64,000 nucleotides of DNA from contig CM075981.1 of assembly GCA_038087875.1 (NCBI GenBank), positions 1,550,001 through 1,614,000 of the forward strand, written 5' to 3'. This document shows, piece after piece, positions 62,201 through 64,000 of the stretch. This DNA is from Malacoraja senta. Lineage: Eukaryota. Position 1 is the stretch's first letter. The number at the start of each line of letters is the position of its first letter. The translations under genes were made by a program, and so were the position numbers. Under the pieces are notes generated by a model. It had not been told where the DNA came from and did no database searches. It worked only from the letters and a program-made list of their open reading frames with translations.

Positions 62201-64000
62201 GAGTGGGACCGTGAGGGGCAACGATTATGTAAACATACTCATGGATGCTCTCCAACTCCCACGTGCGTAATAAAGAGGAATTGTTACATTCTTAAAGTGA
62301 CTAATGTGGTTTGTTGTTTGATAGCGCGGATTGAAATTTAACATTGGCGTAGTCGGCAGGATTTCGCTGGGACCATCCCTGACGACTGCGTAAGCAGCTG
62401 TTATCTGGCCGGGTCCTCGAGGGGGTAAAAAGTGTACTATCGGATCCATTGAGTCTGAACTCCCGAACGAGTTTTCGGGAAACCGTGGTCCCTCGTCTGA
62501 GGTTGATCTGGTTCCCTGCCGAGATCCACAAGAGTCAGAGGTAAGAGAAACATCGTTATAATGGTCAAAAGGTGGGTTAATTGAACATTCAGACTAAGAA
62601 GAGTGGGGTCTGTGTAAATTAAGATAATAATTGAACATTCCCATCGTAATTCCTTGCAAAGGTCAGCCTAAGCACACCACAACCCATTGTCTCTGGGCCA
62701 AAATATTATGGGTTCAAGTCCGTAAAGGGGCAATAGATCAAGCAAGAACATGGGTTCAAGATGATAGTGGTCTAAAGCAGATAAGCCCAAGATGTAAAAT
62801 AATCCTCAAGCGTGGGTAAGGGGCCTCACTGAAACTTGGTCAAGACTGGATTTTACCTGCCTCAGTGACCAGTTGCAAATAAACTGATCTTAAGTGAGCC
62901 CATCCCTAGATACGGCCTAGCCAAGAGGAAATGGGGAGGGATGTGAGTAATTTAGCGTGGAACGGCAGAAATATTCATAGATTTTCTAATTTATTAGAAT
63001 GCAAGAAGTAAGTCAAGAGTGTTTTATTATCATAGAGTATGTACTTGCAGCAGCACAATAGAGCAATATACATGAATTCCTTTATCTTTTGTACTAACTG
63101 AGAATGCAAGGTGGAGGAAGGGGAGGAAGGCAATGTAGATGTGGTTGTGTAAAAGGCAATGAATGCTTTGTATCTGAGGGCATCTGCCCAAGGACATGTG
63201 TAACTAAATTTGGCCAATGTGTAATAAAAATAATTTGTTCTGAAAATAAGCCCCCGGAGTCCACGTGAAATGTTCCCATCTACAACGCCCCTCCCCAGTA
63301 CATGAGTACACGACCTACGGGGTAAGTTGGGACAAATGGCCTGTTTCTGCGTTGTATGACTCAATGACTTCAATACAATCTAGCCTGGGAACAATTGTTT
63401 CTTTGATATTAAGGGATCTATGGAAATAGAACTAGTACTGGAAACTGACATGATAAAGGATAAGCTACGATTTTAATGCATGGTGTAGTTATGAAGGACC
63501 GAATGGGGCCTGATATATTTGTTCAATAAATTGTTCACCCAACAATACACATTTATTTGTTTTGAACACATTTCCAGTCAATGTACAAACACATCAAAGG
63601 CCAACGTGCGATGGAAAGAAATATATAGTTCTGAGCCAAATGTGTGAGCTGCATCTTGCTGTGGTCAACGTGCTTCCTGTTAATATGAGCCGTTGAGCAA
63701 AACACAAAAAAAAACACTTCAGTGGTTCAAGCAGCATATGTGAAAGGAAATGGGCAGGTGACATTTCAAGTCAGGACCCTACTTCAGACTGGTGTTACTT
63801 TTTCAGAATATGACTGCAGCAGCAGAAACCCACAAACAAACAATGTTCATAGGTTCATAAGTTCTAAGTGCAGATTTAGGCCTTTCGGCCCATCAAGTCT
63901 ACTCCGCCATTCAATCATGGCTGATCTATCTTCCCCTCTCAACTCCATTCACCTGCCTTCTCCCCATAACCCCTGACTCCCACACTAATCAGGTATCTGT

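Larger units (their letters stand above)
58508..64000 (+). repeat. Segmental duplicate of window positions 1 to about 5800
   Basis: Colinear match at offset 58507, then 58500 after the 7-bp indel. Scattered substitutions and a roughly 295-bp segment (about 4815-5108) missing near 63318. Confidence 0.95.

Overview
Eukaryotic (vertebrate) genomic DNA. The repeat landscape (CR1 LINEs, Penelope-like GIY-YIG relics, tRNA-derived SINEs, palindromic hairpin repeats) suggests a cartilaginous fish, probably a skate or ray; this is inference. The window is a tandem cluster of + strand immunoglobulin-superfamily receptor genes with CD300/pIgR-type V domains and Fc-receptor-like C2 domains, resembling the skate modular domain immune-type receptors (MDIR). 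I reconstructed exons by hand from splice sites and reading phase. The order is: (A) the last two cytoplasmic exons of an inhibitory gene (30-777); (psi) a doubly deleted relic of an activating gene (about 6955-8703); (B) a complete 10-exon activating-type gene (11582-30763; leader-V-V-V-C2-V-C2-linker-TM with an NxxR arginine-short tail, 713 aa); and (C) a 11-exon inhibitory-type gene with a near-identical ectodomain (34624-59277; neutral TM, 2 ITIMs plus 1 ITSM, 816 aa if correctly spliced). B and C look like a paired activating/inhibitory receptor. As assembled, both inhibitory tails carry independent lesions: a 7-bp frameshift in A and a GT>GG splice-donor change in C. Positions 1-5800 recur at about 58508-64000 (58.5-kb period), and about 7930-27300 recurs at about 29990-50400. 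Most of the ORF track is repeat-derived noise. Repeat boundaries are approximate, and all counts were made by eye.
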